This document shows, piece by piece, positions 17,444-27,392 of a DNA stretch of 30,669 nucleotides (position 1 is its first letter; each line of letters opens with the position of its first letter). The stretch is from IMG/VR virus record IMGVR_UViG_3300011339_000790, positions 1-30,669 of that record, one strand, 5' to 3'. The position numbers and the translations under genes were made by a program. This DNA comes from a virus (Duplodnaviria > Caudoviricetes). The notes under the pieces were generated by a model. The model ran no database searches, was not told where the DNA came from, and was given only the letters and a program-made list of their open reading frames with translations.

Positions 17444-18574
17444 ATGCCATTAACTTATGTGGGTGCATTTGGTACTCAATTCGTAACAGAAAAAAGAGCT
17501 GTGCAAGTTACAACGGATAACGCGCTTGTGATTGAGTGCCGATTGGAAATACAAATAGGAAGCGAATTTATACACGTTTCGCAATTACCTGATTTGGGAA
17601 CTAGCAACACTTTCACTTTTGAAATAAATACTATTTTAAGAAACTACTTAAAAACTAAATTATTACCATTAACGGCTGGTAGTATTAATAGCGAAATGGC
17701 TTTAGTTTATGGCTTTGGTTTCTATGGTACGGACGCCAACGGTACAACAATTTCGGGGGAAGTTGTCGGCGGTGGTGGTGCTACCGTAGCTTATAACATT
17801 TCACAAGATGAATTTACAACACTTAATTTAACAAATTATACTTGTGATTTAACGAGCAACAATACAAGACTGTTGCTTACTGATTTCGATAAGCCTAGAA
17901 AAATAGTAAGAAATAGCTACGGTGTGTTATCCACCTTAGTTACACTAACATTGCAAAGTTGGGTAATAGTTGCAACGGATGACAATTTAACGGTCTTATC
18001 AACTTCACAATTTGCACCATTAGGCACAGGAATAGGAAGCGCACGTTATGGAAGTAGTGTAATTTTTCAAGCTTCGGGGGTTGCAACACGTTACTTTGTG
18101 TTTTTAGCCGATACACCTATAGGATCTGGATTTACTCAAACCTATCGCAGCAAGATTTACAGCTTTGAGGTTGTTGATACACCTTGCAACTATTTGGAAT
18201 TATTTTGGATTAATCAATTTGGTGTTATGGAGAGTTGGCTATTTGATACGAATTATAGTGATAGCACCCAAATTGACAAAAAAAGCTTTTTGAAAAATAG
18301 ACCTGTAAACCCTAGTGCATTGGATAGAGGGCAAGATAATTACAAAGTTGAAAGTGTACGTAGGTTTAGAGTTTGGAGTGATTTTGAAAGCATGGAAACA
18401 ATAAAGTTTTTAAATTCGATTGCTTTAAGTCCACAAGTTGCTATAAAGGTTAACGGTGCTTTAGTGCCTGTAATTGTAGAAAATCCGAGCGTAGATAACT
18501 TTAACTATCACGAGCCTATAAACAGAATTACTTTTGATTTGGTATTGGCTAATAAACGCATAAATGTAGTGTAA
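17444..18574 (+). CDS. Virion tail protein (distal-tail-like)
   Basis: C-terminal L.WINQFGVMESWLF...SP.V pattern, which I associate with tail proteins of Bacteroidota phages. Confidence 0.55.
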   Translation: MPLTYVGAFGTQFVTEKRAVQVTTDNALVIECRLEIQIGSEFIHVSQLPDLGTSNTFTFEINTILRNYLKTKLLPLTAGSINSEMALVYGFGFYGTDANGTTISGEVVGGGGATVAYNISQDEFTTLNLTNYTCDLTSNNTRLLLTDFDKPRKIVRNSYGVLSTLVTLTLQSWVIVATDDNLTVLSTSQFAPLGTGIGSARYGSSVIFQASGVATRYFVFLADTPIGSGFTQTYRSKIYSFEVVDTPCNYLELFWINQFGVMESWLFDTNYSDSTQIDKKSFLKNRPVNPSALDRGQDNYKVESVRRFRVWSDFESMETIKFLNSIALSPQVAIKVNGALVPVIVENPSVDNFNYHEPINRITFDLVLANKRINVV

Positions 18575-20916
18575 TGAATGAGATACAAATTTACATAATA
18601 GGTAAGGGATATTTAGACCTTTTGGAGCAAACTAATTTTCCTTTGGTAATTAATAAATCCATTGCTAATATTTCGGATATTTCTGCAAGAGATAGTACAT
18701 TTTCGTACGATTTTGAAATTCCAAATAACACGAATAACAATAAAATATTATTTGGTGCTGAATACGTGAATGCAACCGATAAGGCTATTTTGGGTAAACA
18801 GGATGCTGTTATTTTGCTAAATGGTGCTGAGTATGAACGTGGATTTGTTGAGGTTAAAATTTCTAAGTATTTAGATAAGTACGTTTGCAACTTTTTCGGT
18901 GGAAATGCTGAATGGGTGGAGCTGGGGAATGAATTATTAGTTAAGGATTTAGGTTTTTCGCCTGATATTACAACGTACAACTTAGCAACTATCAACACGC
19001 AAAACGGAGGAAATGCAACAAATAAAGATTATGCTTTTCCGATAGTTGACCGTAATACTTTGCCAACGGATTTACTTAATTCGCGCCCTGTATTTTACGT
19101 TAAAAGTATCTTTGAACGTTTTTTCGAACATGAAAATATAGGTTACACGATTGAAAGCGACTTTTTAAACAGTAAATTTGTCTTAGGCGAAAGTGACAGC
19201 AACAACAAAGGTTTAGCTGTTGATTTGGGTTGTATTTATGAGTTTGAGGATAGCGTTATTGCTGATACAGTAGCCGAAATTAGCGCGAATAGACCAACTT
19301 TTGACAATTCAAATGTTTGGTATTTAGGAAGATTTAACCCTATTACGGGTGGTGCTGGTGCGCCAAATATTACAACTATAAATTTAACTAACTTTTACAA
19401 TGTTGAAGTTTCGGACATTAATAATTTATGGGTTAATGGGACAGGATACACCGTTTCGAGGACAGGAAATTTTTTAATCATTTTTGATTTTCGGAATAGT
19501 TGGTGGAGGTCTTCATATTTTGGCACAAGTCCGAGCGGTAACTGGTTACAATTAACAACAGATGAAACTCCAAATAGTGGATTAAGTAGTGTTATACCTA
19601 GAATAGTATTAGAAATTAGAATTAATGGAATATTAATACAATCAACACCGATTAATACCTTAAGTAGATTAAACGGCGACTTATTAAATATTAGTCAATT
19701 TGCATTTAAAAACGACGTGTTAACGTTTACATTACGTAATACTTTTGCACACATTACAACTGGTATTATTGATGTTGTACAATATCAAAATTTCCAATTA
19801 CAGCCGAAAAACAGACCGTTTACAACACAACTAAAAAGCAATATTGAAGAGGGCGATCAGTATCAAATCAGTAGTGTAATTCCTAAGGACATGAAAGCTT
19901 TTGAATTGATAAGTGATTTAAAGTTACTTTTTAATTTGTATTTTGATGCCGATATTAAGCGCAAAATCGTAAAGATTGAACCGCGTAACGCTTGGAAAGA
20001 CGCAGATTTTGAGGATGTAAATGGATATTTCCAAAGTGTTGGACTTGCTACAAATTGGACTAACTTAATAGATTTAAATTTCGCACCCGAAATACACACC
20101 GAATTACCATACAACCGTACATTGATTTATAGGTACAAAAAAGATAGTGATGATAAATGGCTTGAACAATGGGAGCGCAATAATAATAGAACCTATGCGG
20201 AGTATCGAACGGATTTAAACAAACCCGATCCTTTAAGCGCAGACTTAAAAAGATTTCCAAACGGCGAAACTGTTTTTGAAACTACATTGTTAGCACCTAC
20301 TATACAGGGCGAAAGTGGAAATAGCCAAACAGTTACATCAATTATACGCGCTGAATATTCGCCTTTAAACGGTATAGATGCCGAACAGCCTACACCAAAT
20401 AACAGATATGCACCGCGTATAGGTTGGTTTGTAAATGATGTATTTCTAATGGAAGCTTTTAACGGAGTTGCACCATTTGAGAGCACAGCAACAAAACTAA
20501 CTTTTAACGGTACTAGCGGACTTATTGATAAGTTTTGGGCAAAGACTTTAAGCAATTTAATAAATGCCGTTACATTGAAAGTAAACGTTAATTTAAACAA
20601 AATTGCTTTAAGAAGTTTTGATTTTTCAAAGCCTATTTATATCGATGCACCGCAACAAATTAAAGGGTATTATGTAGTAATGAGTTTGGAAGCTAATCTA
20701 ATGAATGATAGTTTGGTTTCTGCCGAATTACTATACTATAAAGACTATGCACCAATTACCATAGACCCGAGCCAAGCAACGAATATAAACCCAAACAAGC
20801 AACAGCAACAAATTGCACCGCCTAACTACGTGCTTTACGAAACTGAGAGCGGACAATTAATTAATGTTTTAGACGAGGACGACAACGGAAATTTACTAAC
20901 TTTGCTTTACGACTAA
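18574..20916 (+). CDS. Tail tip/baseplate hub protein
   Basis: N-terminal I.DI..R...FS..F.IP....NN.I pattern; K..FNLY...IEP; 780 aa, next to the tape measure gene. Confidence 0.65.
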   Translation: MNEIQIYIIGKGYLDLLEQTNFPLVINKSIANISDISARDSTFSYDFEIPNNTNNNKILFGAEYVNATDKAILGKQDAVILLNGAEYERGFVEVKISKYLDKYVCNFFGGNAEWVELGNELLVKDLGFSPDITTYNLATINTQNGGNATNKDYAFPIVDRNTLPTDLLNSRPVFYVKSIFERFFEHENIGYTIESDFLNSKFVLGESDSNNKGLAVDLGCIYEFEDSVIADTVAEISANRPTFDNSNVWYLGRFNPITGGAGAPNITTINLTNFYNVEVSDINNLWVNGTGYTVSRTGNFLIIFDFRNSWWRSSYFGTSPSGNWLQLTTDETPNSGLSSVIPRIVLEIRINGILIQSTPINTLSRLNGDLLNISQFAFKNDVLTFTLRNTFAHITTGIIDVVQYQNFQLQPKNRPFTTQLKSNIEEGDQYQISSVIPKDMKAFELISDLKLLFNLYFDADIKRKIVKIEPRNAWKDADFEDVNGYFQSVGLATNWTNLIDLNFAPEIHTELPYNRTLIYRYKKDSDDKWLEQWERNNNRTYAEYRTDLNKPDPLSADLKRFPNGETVFETTLLAPTIQGESGNSQTVTSIIRAEYSPLNGIDAEQPTPNNRYAPRIGWFVNDVFLMEAFNGVAPFESTATKLTFNGTSGLIDKFWAKTLSNLINAVTLKVNVNLNKIALRSFDFSKPIYIDAPQQIKGYYVVMSLEANLMNDSLVSAELLYYKDYAPITIDPSQATNINPNKQQQQIAPPNYVLYETESGQLINVLDEDDNGNLLTLLYD

Positions 20917-20934
20917 TAAAAAAAATCTATAAAA

Positions 20935-23586
20935 ATGGAAAACGAATTAATTTACTCTATACGATTAGACGGAGCGGATGAAAATATTAAAACACTTGTT
21001 GAACAAAAAAGGGTGTTGGCTGATTTGGGTAAGGAGCAAAAAAGATTAAAAAAGGAACAAATTGATTTAGAAAAAAACCTAGCAAAACAACTAGAGGAGG
21101 GGACTATTACTCAGGAGCAATACAACGAAGCTATAAAGCTTAACATTACGCAACAGGTCCAAGTTGAAAGCAACACGAAAAAAGTTCGTGAAGCTATGCG
21201 TTTGCAAGAAGCAACGGTAATGGCTAATGTAAAGGCAACGGATAAAGCAACAGGAAGCATAAACCAATTAAGTGCACAACTATCTAAAGCTAAAAACGAT
21301 TATAAAAATTTGTCGGCGGAGGAGCGGAACAGCGCAAAAGGTCAAGAATTATTAAAGCACATTCAAGATTTGGACTCTGAATATAAGGAGTTGCACGTTT
21401 CAATCGGCAACACTCAAGTAATGGTAGGTAGTTATCAAGATGCTGTTAATAGTTTGTTGCCTGTTATGGGTGGGTTGGGCGGACAAATACAGGGTGTAAT
21501 GGGGCAACTAAACCAAATAAAAACAGCGTTAACAGGTGCTGGCACTGCGATGAAAGGGTATGCAGTTGCGACAAGTGGAGGATCAAACGCATTAAAAATA
21601 TTCAAAATTGCTTTGATTTCAACAGGGGTGGGGGCAATAGTAGTTGCTTTAGGTTCGTTAATCGGTGCATTTCTATCTACTCAAAGGGGAATTGATGCGG
21701 TTAACAAAGTGCTTACACCTTTAAAAGAAGTGTTTGCAACATTAGTTGGTTTCTTACAAACAAAAGCCTTAGCAATATTTGACCGGTTAAAGGAAGCGAT
21801 TAACAATCCAAAACAAGCGTTTAGCGACTTACTAGACTTTATTAAAACAAATGTAACTAACAGATTTAACGGTTTAATTCAATTTTTTAAAGGTTGGGCT
21901 GGTGTATTTGTTAATAGTTGGAAAGTCCTCGGCTTAAATATTAAAAAAGCGACCAATGATATACCATTTATTGGTGCTGGTTTGGGTAAGGATGCTTTGA
22001 AGAAATTGGATGCTGATATTGAAAAAGCAAAAGATAGCGTTAAGAAAGGTGTTAAGGATATGGCTGATGGTTTTATAGCTGTTAATACAGGAATTACCAA
22101 CGGAACGGATAAAATAAAAGGAATGGTTAACGATGCTGTTAAGGGGTCAAAAGTTGCGATTGAAAGAGGTAAACAAATACAAGCCTTAACGGAGAAAATC
22201 CGACAAAGCGAAATGACTTATAAGCGCGATATGGCGCAAAATAACTTACTAGCTGAAAAAATGAAGTTTATTTTGGAAGATGAAACCAAAAGTATGGCTG
22301 AAAGGAATAAAGCTGGTAAGGAGTATTTAAGGTTAATTACAGAAAGCGGAAAAAGGGAAATTGATATAACTAACATGAAAGTTAAATTAATGAAACTTGA
22401 AGAGGAAGCGAACGATACAAGCGACGAGCAAAAACAAGAGCGATATGATTTGGAAGCCGAAAGCATGGAGAAGTTAGCTGCTTTAACAGGTCGCCAAATC
22501 GAGGTGCGCAACAAGTTAAACGCAATGGAAAAAGATGCTGTAACAAAACAAGCTGAAGCACAAAAAAAGTTAGCTGAGGACAAAGCGAAAGCCGATGAAG
22601 ACGCGCGAAAACTAGCAGAAGAAAACGCAAAAACAGAAATAGAAAGAAGCAAAGCGATTGCCGAGCAGAAAATTAGGGATTTAGAATTTGAGCAGAAAAA
22701 AGAGAAGTTACTTTTTGCGGGTACTAAGGCGGAAGAGTTTGAAATGGAAAAAAAGCATTTAGCACAAATGTTGGATTTAAAATTGGAATACGCAAAGGTA
22801 GGTAATGAAGATACTTTGGAATTGCAAAGAGATAACCAGTTGGCTGTTTTTGAGTTGGAACAACAACAAACCCAATACTTAGCAGAAAGCCGAAAAAAGG
22901 CACAAGAAGAACAAGCAAACTCGTTAAAAGCTGAACGATTAGCGTTGAACAATAGTATTACGCAAAATGCTGAAAAGTTGCAAGGCACATTATTCACTAA
23001 CGAAAAAAACAGAATAGAGCGCACGACAAAACGCGAGATTGAAGCGTTAACATTAAGGCGACAAGCTGGAGAAATTAGCGCGGAAGAGTTTGAGAAAAAG
23101 CGGTTGGAAATTGACAAAAGAGCGTTTGAGAAGAAAAAGAAAATGGATAGTAGGGAAGCCGTGATAAATGGTATTGTTGCAATTTCAAAGATTTTCGCGC
23201 AACGTGGTTTTTTACTTGCTTTGCCTGAGGTTATTGCAATGGGTGCGCAAACGGCAACACAAGTGGCACAAATACAATCCCAAAAGTTTAGATTTGGTGG
23301 TAATGTGGGTGGTAAATCACACTCGCAAGGGGGCACAATGATAGAAGCCGAAAAAGGGGAAGCTATAATTATGAAAGAAGCTGTAAATCCTGTTACTGCT
23401 CCAATATTATCGGCTATAAATCAAAGCTACGGCGGTGCTCCGATTGAAGCTTTAAACAGCTTTAGAGGTGGTGCAAGTGCCCCGACGCAAATGCAAACAC
23501 AAACTATTGAAGTTGTGAATGTTGCAACTGATACCAATAAAATTGCAAACCGAGTTAAAAATTTGCAAAATTCAAGAAGATTTTAG
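20935..23586 (+). CDS. Tail tape measure protein
   Basis: 883 aa, long coiled coils, ALISTGVGAIVVALGSL hydrophobic segment and C-terminal F..GG.V.G.SH..GG...EAE.GE. Confidence 0.9.
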   Translation: MENELIYSIRLDGADENIKTLVEQKRVLADLGKEQKRLKKEQIDLEKNLAKQLEEGTITQEQYNEAIKLNITQQVQVESNTKKVREAMRLQEATVMANVKATDKATGSINQLSAQLSKAKNDYKNLSAEERNSAKGQELLKHIQDLDSEYKELHVSIGNTQVMVGSYQDAVNSLLPVMGGLGGQIQGVMGQLNQIKTALTGAGTAMKGYAVATSGGSNALKIFKIALISTGVGAIVVALGSLIGAFLSTQRGIDAVNKVLTPLKEVFATLVGFLQTKALAIFDRLKEAINNPKQAFSDLLDFIKTNVTNRFNGLIQFFKGWAGVFVNSWKVLGLNIKKATNDIPFIGAGLGKDALKKLDADIEKAKDSVKKGVKDMADGFIAVNTGITNGTDKIKGMVNDAVKGSKVAIERGKQIQALTEKIRQSEMTYKRDMAQNNLLAEKMKFILEDETKSMAERNKAGKEYLRLITESGKREIDITNMKVKLMKLEEEANDTSDEQKQERYDLEAESMEKLAALTGRQIEVRNKLNAMEKDAVTKQAEAQKKLAEDKAKADEDARKLAEENAKTEIERSKAIAEQKIRDLEFEQKKEKLLFAGTKAEEFEMEKKHLAQMLDLKLEYAKVGNEDTLELQRDNQLAVFELEQQQTQYLAESRKKAQEEQANSLKAERLALNNSITQNAEKLQGTLFTNEKNRIERTTKREIEALTLRRQAGEISAEEFEKKRLEIDKRAFEKKKKMDSREAVINGIVAISKIFAQRGFLLALPEVIAMGAQTATQVAQIQSQKFRFGGNVGGKSHSQGGTMIEAEKGEAIIMKEAVNPVTAPILSAINQSYGGAPIEALNSFRGGASAPTQMQTQTIEVVNVATDTNKIANRVKNLQNSRRF

Positions 23587-23597
23587 AAAAAAACTAT

Positions 23598-23605
23598 TAA
23601 CTTTG
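23598..23605 (+). promoter_or_regulatory. Promoter -7 box for the major tail gene
   Basis: TAACTTTG 28 nt upstream of ATG 23634. Confidence 0.55.
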
Positions 23606-23633
23606 AAAAAATATAAATTTAAACTATAAAAAT

Positions 23634-24215
23634 ATGTCTTGTTCTGTACTAACAAATTTAACAATCGGATGTGCTGATGAAACCGCTAATGCTGGTTTTT
23701 CAAAAATGTACATCAAAGCAGATGCGGAAGTAACTGCTGTAACTTTTGGTTCATCTACTGCCCACACTGTAACAGGTGTTACTTTGGCGGACGGTGCTGT
23801 ATTTATTGAATTAAACGGTCGTTTTGCGACTAAATCTATTGCTTCGGAAGTAGCAAAAGAAAATGGAGGTGCAATGTATACTCACACTTTAGAGGTGTTT
23901 GTCCCTAAAGTAGAAAAAACTAAAGCAGAATTTTTAGCTAATTTGGACAAAATTCGTGGCGTTATTGCTATTGTTGAAATGTACGAGGGTGCTGGTTCTA
24001 ACAAGCAAGGTTTGTTTTTTGGTTGGGATAAGAAAATCGGAAAAGATGCTTTCTTAAAACCTCAGATTTCGCAAATGGTAGAAGCAACTATTAACGGTCA
24101 AAACGGTTACATGGTGCAATTTGTGGGTAATTCAACAGAATTAACACGCGAATTTATCGGTACTATTACAGTTGAAGACGGTTCAACTGGTACAAGTGTT
24201 GTAATAGGTTCTTAA
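23634..24215 (+). CDS. Putative major tail tube protein
   Basis: MSC.......C...G N-terminus, beta-rich, 193 aa; has its own promoter and a downstream terminator, consistent with high expression. Confidence 0.7.
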   Translation: MSCSVLTNLTIGCADETANAGFSKMYIKADAEVTAVTFGSSTAHTVTGVTLADGAVFIELNGRFATKSIASEVAKENGGAMYTHTLEVFVPKVEKTKAEFLANLDKIRGVIAIVEMYEGAGSNKQGLFFGWDKKIGKDAFLKPQISQMVEATINGQNGYMVQFVGNSTELTREFIGTITVEDGSTGTSVVIGS

Positions 24216-24232
24216 TCTTAAAATTATTAACA

Positions 24233-24391
24233 ATGGAAAAGATTAAAAAAAAATACATTGTTAAACCAAAATACAAGAATTGCCGAGTGTGTTGTGCACT
24301 CGGTGTTTTTGTTTTGGATGACAAAATAAGCCAAAAAAACTTAAAACTTTTGTACGAAAATGAGCACCACGACAAAATTGATTACTGCTAG
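24233..24391 (+). CDS. 52-aa hypothetical protein
   Basis: Translated by hand: MEKIKKKYIVKPKYKNCRVCCALGVFVLDDKISQKNLKLLYENEHHDKIDYC. It fills the gap and has an A-rich leader. Confidence 0.55.
   Translation: MEKIKKKYIVKPKYKNCRVCCALGVFVLDDKISQKNLKLLYENEHHDKIDYC
24282..24314 (+). terminator. Probable intrinsic terminator inside the small ORF
   Basis: CCGAGTG/CACTCGG stem (24283-24303) followed by TGTTTTTGTTTT. Confidence 0.55.
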
Positions 24392-24851
24392 TGAACTGAA
24401 AACCATAATTACTATCGATAGTGTTACTGATGTTGCATGGTTCGATAAAGAAATTTTGTTTTGTCAAGAAGTTTACTTGAAGCCTGTATTGACAGAAGAA
24501 TTGTATTATGCTATTTTAACCGATTACGCAACACCGCCATTAAGCGCAAATAACCAAATACTTTATGATAGGTATTTGAAATTTATTGTTGCTAATGGTA
24601 CTGCTTTTCGTTCGATAGTTGGTAATATTGAAACCCAAACAAGCAACCAAGGGGTTGAAGTTAATCGTACAGAGTATTCCAACAGCAAGGCTATTGATGA
24701 TAAAAGACAGGCTAATTTACTTTATAACAAAGTGTTTTACTATCAAAATCAATTAGGTAATTTCCTTATTAATAATGCAGTGGATTATCCTGATTTCGAC
24801 CAAACAAAAATCTGTTTAACTCCTGAATTTGGTTACTTTACAAATATTTAA
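24360..24851 (+). CDS. Putative head-tail adaptor/neck protein
   Basis: LIT..ELK...QE.YLKPVL.EELY...L..FL..N...YP pattern, helical; family assignment from recall. Confidence 0.6.
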   Translation: MSTTTKLITASELKTIITIDSVTDVAWFDKEILFCQEVYLKPVLTEELYYAILTDYATPPLSANNQILYDRYLKFIVANGTAFRSIVGNIETQTSNQGVEVNRTEYSNSKAIDDKRQANLLYNKVFYYQNQLGNFLINNAVDYPDFDQTKICLTPEFGYFTNI

Positions 24852-24853
24852 TT

Positions 24854-26125
24854 ATGAGTAGTAATTTACATAGAAATAGCACAGAAGCAAACAAACACAC
24901 TCCTAAAGGGTTCGATTTAGCCGTTAACAATTCTCGATTAGTACGTGATGAACGCGGACAAAGTCGGTATGTTGACAACTTACTAAATGAAAGAGCCGAA
25001 AACTTAGTCGACGGTAACAGCGCACCACCAACGACAACGGAGGGGCACGTTTATGTTTTAATTGATGAAGGCTCGGGTGCTGTAAATGCTGGTTGGCAAG
25101 GAGCAGAATATAACGATGTTGTTAGAATTCAAGGCGGTGTATGGTCTGCTATTACTCCTGTTAGTGGCTATTTAGTTGTAAATAAAACAAACAATAAATA
25201 TTACAAATTTAACGGTTCGATTTGGGAGGAATTTGGTGGCTCGGTTGTATGGGGTAATATAACGGGAACATTAAGCGATCAAACAGATTTAAATTCTGCT
25301 TTGAGTGGCAAAGAGCCAACTATTACCGCTGGTACAACAGGGCAATATTACAGAGGCGACAAAACTTTTCAAACATTAGATAAGACAGCTGTTGGGTTAA
25401 GCAATGTTGATAATACAAGTGATGTAAATAAGCCTGTAAGTACGGCGCAACAGACTGAAATAAATACAAAAAATATCTTCGCTTACGACGATACAGATGT
25501 TAGCCCACTTACTAGACGTACCAAATACCGAGCAGTTGAGTATATTGAATTTGAGGATGATGCTATTAATTCCGAAACTAAAATACAATTAAGAGCCGAT
25601 AGCGTAACACCAAGTGAGGTAACAAGATTTGGTGAAAATGGTTCGGGTAATGTTGATTTGAAAATACAAGAAAATAAATTATTAACAGGAACTGCTGGAG
25701 GTTTTGCAATTGAGTTAACATTTGCTCAAGAGGGTATTTTAGGGTTAGATGTAAATAATGAAGTAAAGGAGTTTGAAGTTGTAGAGATTTACAACATACT
25801 TAAAGAGGATGCTGTTACAGGCAACAAACAACTTGCATTGTTAGATATTAATGGCGATAGTGCCAATGTAAAAGCAAAGTTTGAAATATCGGCAATAGCA
25901 GTACAAAACACCACCGCCAACGCTGTAACTATAAGTATAGGTAGTACGGCTTTGGGAACGGATGTTGCTAACGCGGTTGTAATCGGCGCAAATGCTACCT
26001 TAAAATTACCATTGGGCACTACTTTTTTTAGTATTACAAGCGGACAAAATTTGTTCATTTCTTCGGGTAGTTGGAATAGTGCAAGTATTAATATTCATGT
26101 AACAATAAGTAAGATATGGCAATAG
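24854..26125 (+). CDS. Mosaic tail fibre / virion appendage protein
   Basis: H.PKG N-terminus, APP...EG..Y.....W segment, and fibre motifs WGNITGTLSDQTDL and VGLSNVDNTSDVNKPVSTAQQ. Confidence 0.7.
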   Translation: MSSNLHRNSTEANKHTPKGFDLAVNNSRLVRDERGQSRYVDNLLNERAENLVDGNSAPPTTTEGHVYVLIDEGSGAVNAGWQGAEYNDVVRIQGGVWSAITPVSGYLVVNKTNNKYYKFNGSIWEEFGGSVVWGNITGTLSDQTDLNSALSGKEPTITAGTTGQYYRGDKTFQTLDKTAVGLSNVDNTSDVNKPVSTAQQTEINTKNIFAYDDTDVSPLTRRTKYRAVEYIEFEDDAINSETKIQLRADSVTPSEVTRFGENGSGNVDLKIQENKLLTGTAGGFAIELTFAQEGILGLDVNNEVKEFEVVEIYNILKEDAVTGNKQLALLDINGDSANVKAKFEISAIAVQNTTANAVTISIGSTALGTDVANAVVIGANATLKLPLGTTFFSITSGQNLFISSGSWNSASINIHVTISKIWQ

Positions 26126-26883
26126 AAACTAAAATATTAACATTTGGTACTGATAAAGTTGGTACTGTTGGAGGGAATAAATTAATGGGGTTTATAAATC
26201 CTATTTTAAAAGCCGTGCCATACGTTTGGTATAACAACGACTTGACTACGATAACTAAAACACTAGATAGAGTAAGTGAATGGAGAGATAGTAGCGGTAA
26301 TGGTAGGCATTTAACACAAGCTAATGGAGGAAGTCAGCCGTTATGGGTGGATAGTTTGTTAAATGGACAAGGAGGAATAAATTTCGACGGTGCAAGTACC
26401 GCTAAATTTCTATCTACGACTTTTGCAAGTGATTTAACAGGTGTTGTGGATGTGTTTTTTGTTGGCAGAATGTTAACTGCTCCAAGCACATTTCCTTATT
26501 ATTTCGGTGGTGTTGTGGCAAATAAGCGTATAATTCAATATTGGTTTAGCAACAATATGTATTTAGTTACAACAGACCCTAGTGGCACTGCAAACCCAAT
26601 AGCAAAGGCGCAAACAATACCAACAGGATTTTTATTCATGAACCCCACATTTGATAGTACCAATTCTGAATATAGAGAAAACAGAAATTTATTATCTAGT
26701 GCTTTAGCTTTACGCTCGGTTGTTGCTAGTGGTTTAAGGTTTGGAGCTGGAGAGGGTACAACAATAGATGCCCAAACACGATTAAACGGAACAATTATAG
26801 AATTTGTAGCTTATAACAGAAAAGTTACGGATAATGAAAGGATAGCTATTAACGATTATTTTATGTCGAAATATGGTTTATAA
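26116..26883 (+). CDS. LamG/concanavalin-A-like lectin-domain virion protein (candidate receptor-binding)
   Basis: VSEWRDSSGNGRHLTQ...QP, FDG and G.IIEFVAYNR...ER..I..Y...KYG motifs. Confidence 0.7.
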   Translation: MAIETKILTFGTDKVGTVGGNKLMGFINPILKAVPYVWYNNDLTTITKTLDRVSEWRDSSGNGRHLTQANGGSQPLWVDSLLNGQGGINFDGASTAKFLSTTFASDLTGVVDVFFVGRMLTAPSTFPYYFGGVVANKRIIQYWFSNNMYLVTTDPSGTANPIAKAQTIPTGFLFMNPTFDSTNSEYRENRNLLSSALALRSVVASGLRFGAGEGTTIDAQTRLNGTIIEFVAYNRKVTDNERIAINDYFMSKYGL

Positions 26884-27328
26884 GATAGATATAAGCGTTT
26901 ACACGCAACAAATCCAAACATTAAATAATGAATGGATAACACAACATAGATTAGAAAATCCACAAGATACAGTAACGCAACGCTATGTTGATGAGTGGCT
27001 ATGGAGGGGTTTTGGTTATGTTGTAAAGGATGAAGTAACAGAGCAGTATATTACGGATTTTGTTGAAATAGTGGAGGAATTGCCTACACGTTGGCACGAA
27101 GATAAAGCTATAAAAATCATACAAAATAAAAGCGGTGTTGTGTGGGGTGCAATGAATGAGCCACAAATTGCATTAGGTTTAGCAATGCACAGACAAGCTA
27201 CAAATATGCAAACGTATGAAGAGGGCGACAAATTATATTTCTACGCTAATACTATTTTGCCCGAGCATCAAGCAATTTTTGAGGCATATCCTAATTTAGA
27301 AATTACAGTTAACCATGCAGAAAACTAA
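26873..27328 (+). CDS. Hypothetical protein
   Basis: 151-aa ORF overlapping its neighbours. Confidence 0.7.
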   Translation: MVYKIDISVYTQQIQTLNNEWITQHRLENPQDTVTQRYVDEWLWRGFGYVVKDEVTEQYITDFVEIVEELPTRWHEDKAIKIIQNKSGVVWGAMNEPQIALGLAMHRQATNMQTYEEGDKLYFYANTILPEHQAIFEAYPNLEITVNHAEN

Positions 27329-27392
27329 CATTGAAAGGTGGGCGGAATTAGCCTTATTTATTATTTTTATTTATTTATTTGTATCTAAATGA
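27315..27392 (+). CDS. 25-aa single-TM micropeptide (MQKTNIERWAELALFIIFIYLFVSK)
   Basis: Spans the whole gap; ATGA stop/start overlap with 27389. Confidence 0.55.
   Translation: MQKTNIERWAELALFIIFIYLFVSK

Noticed and set aside
22218-23336. 372-aa antisense ORF
   Set aside because: Ser/Phe/Leu-rich mirror of the Glu/Lys-rich tape measure coiled coil.
1074-27231. Other short nested or antisense track ORFs (e.g. 1074, 3740, 9895, 10223, 12952, 18591, 20193, 25789, 27016)
   Set aside because: All lie within well-supported genes and lack independent signals.
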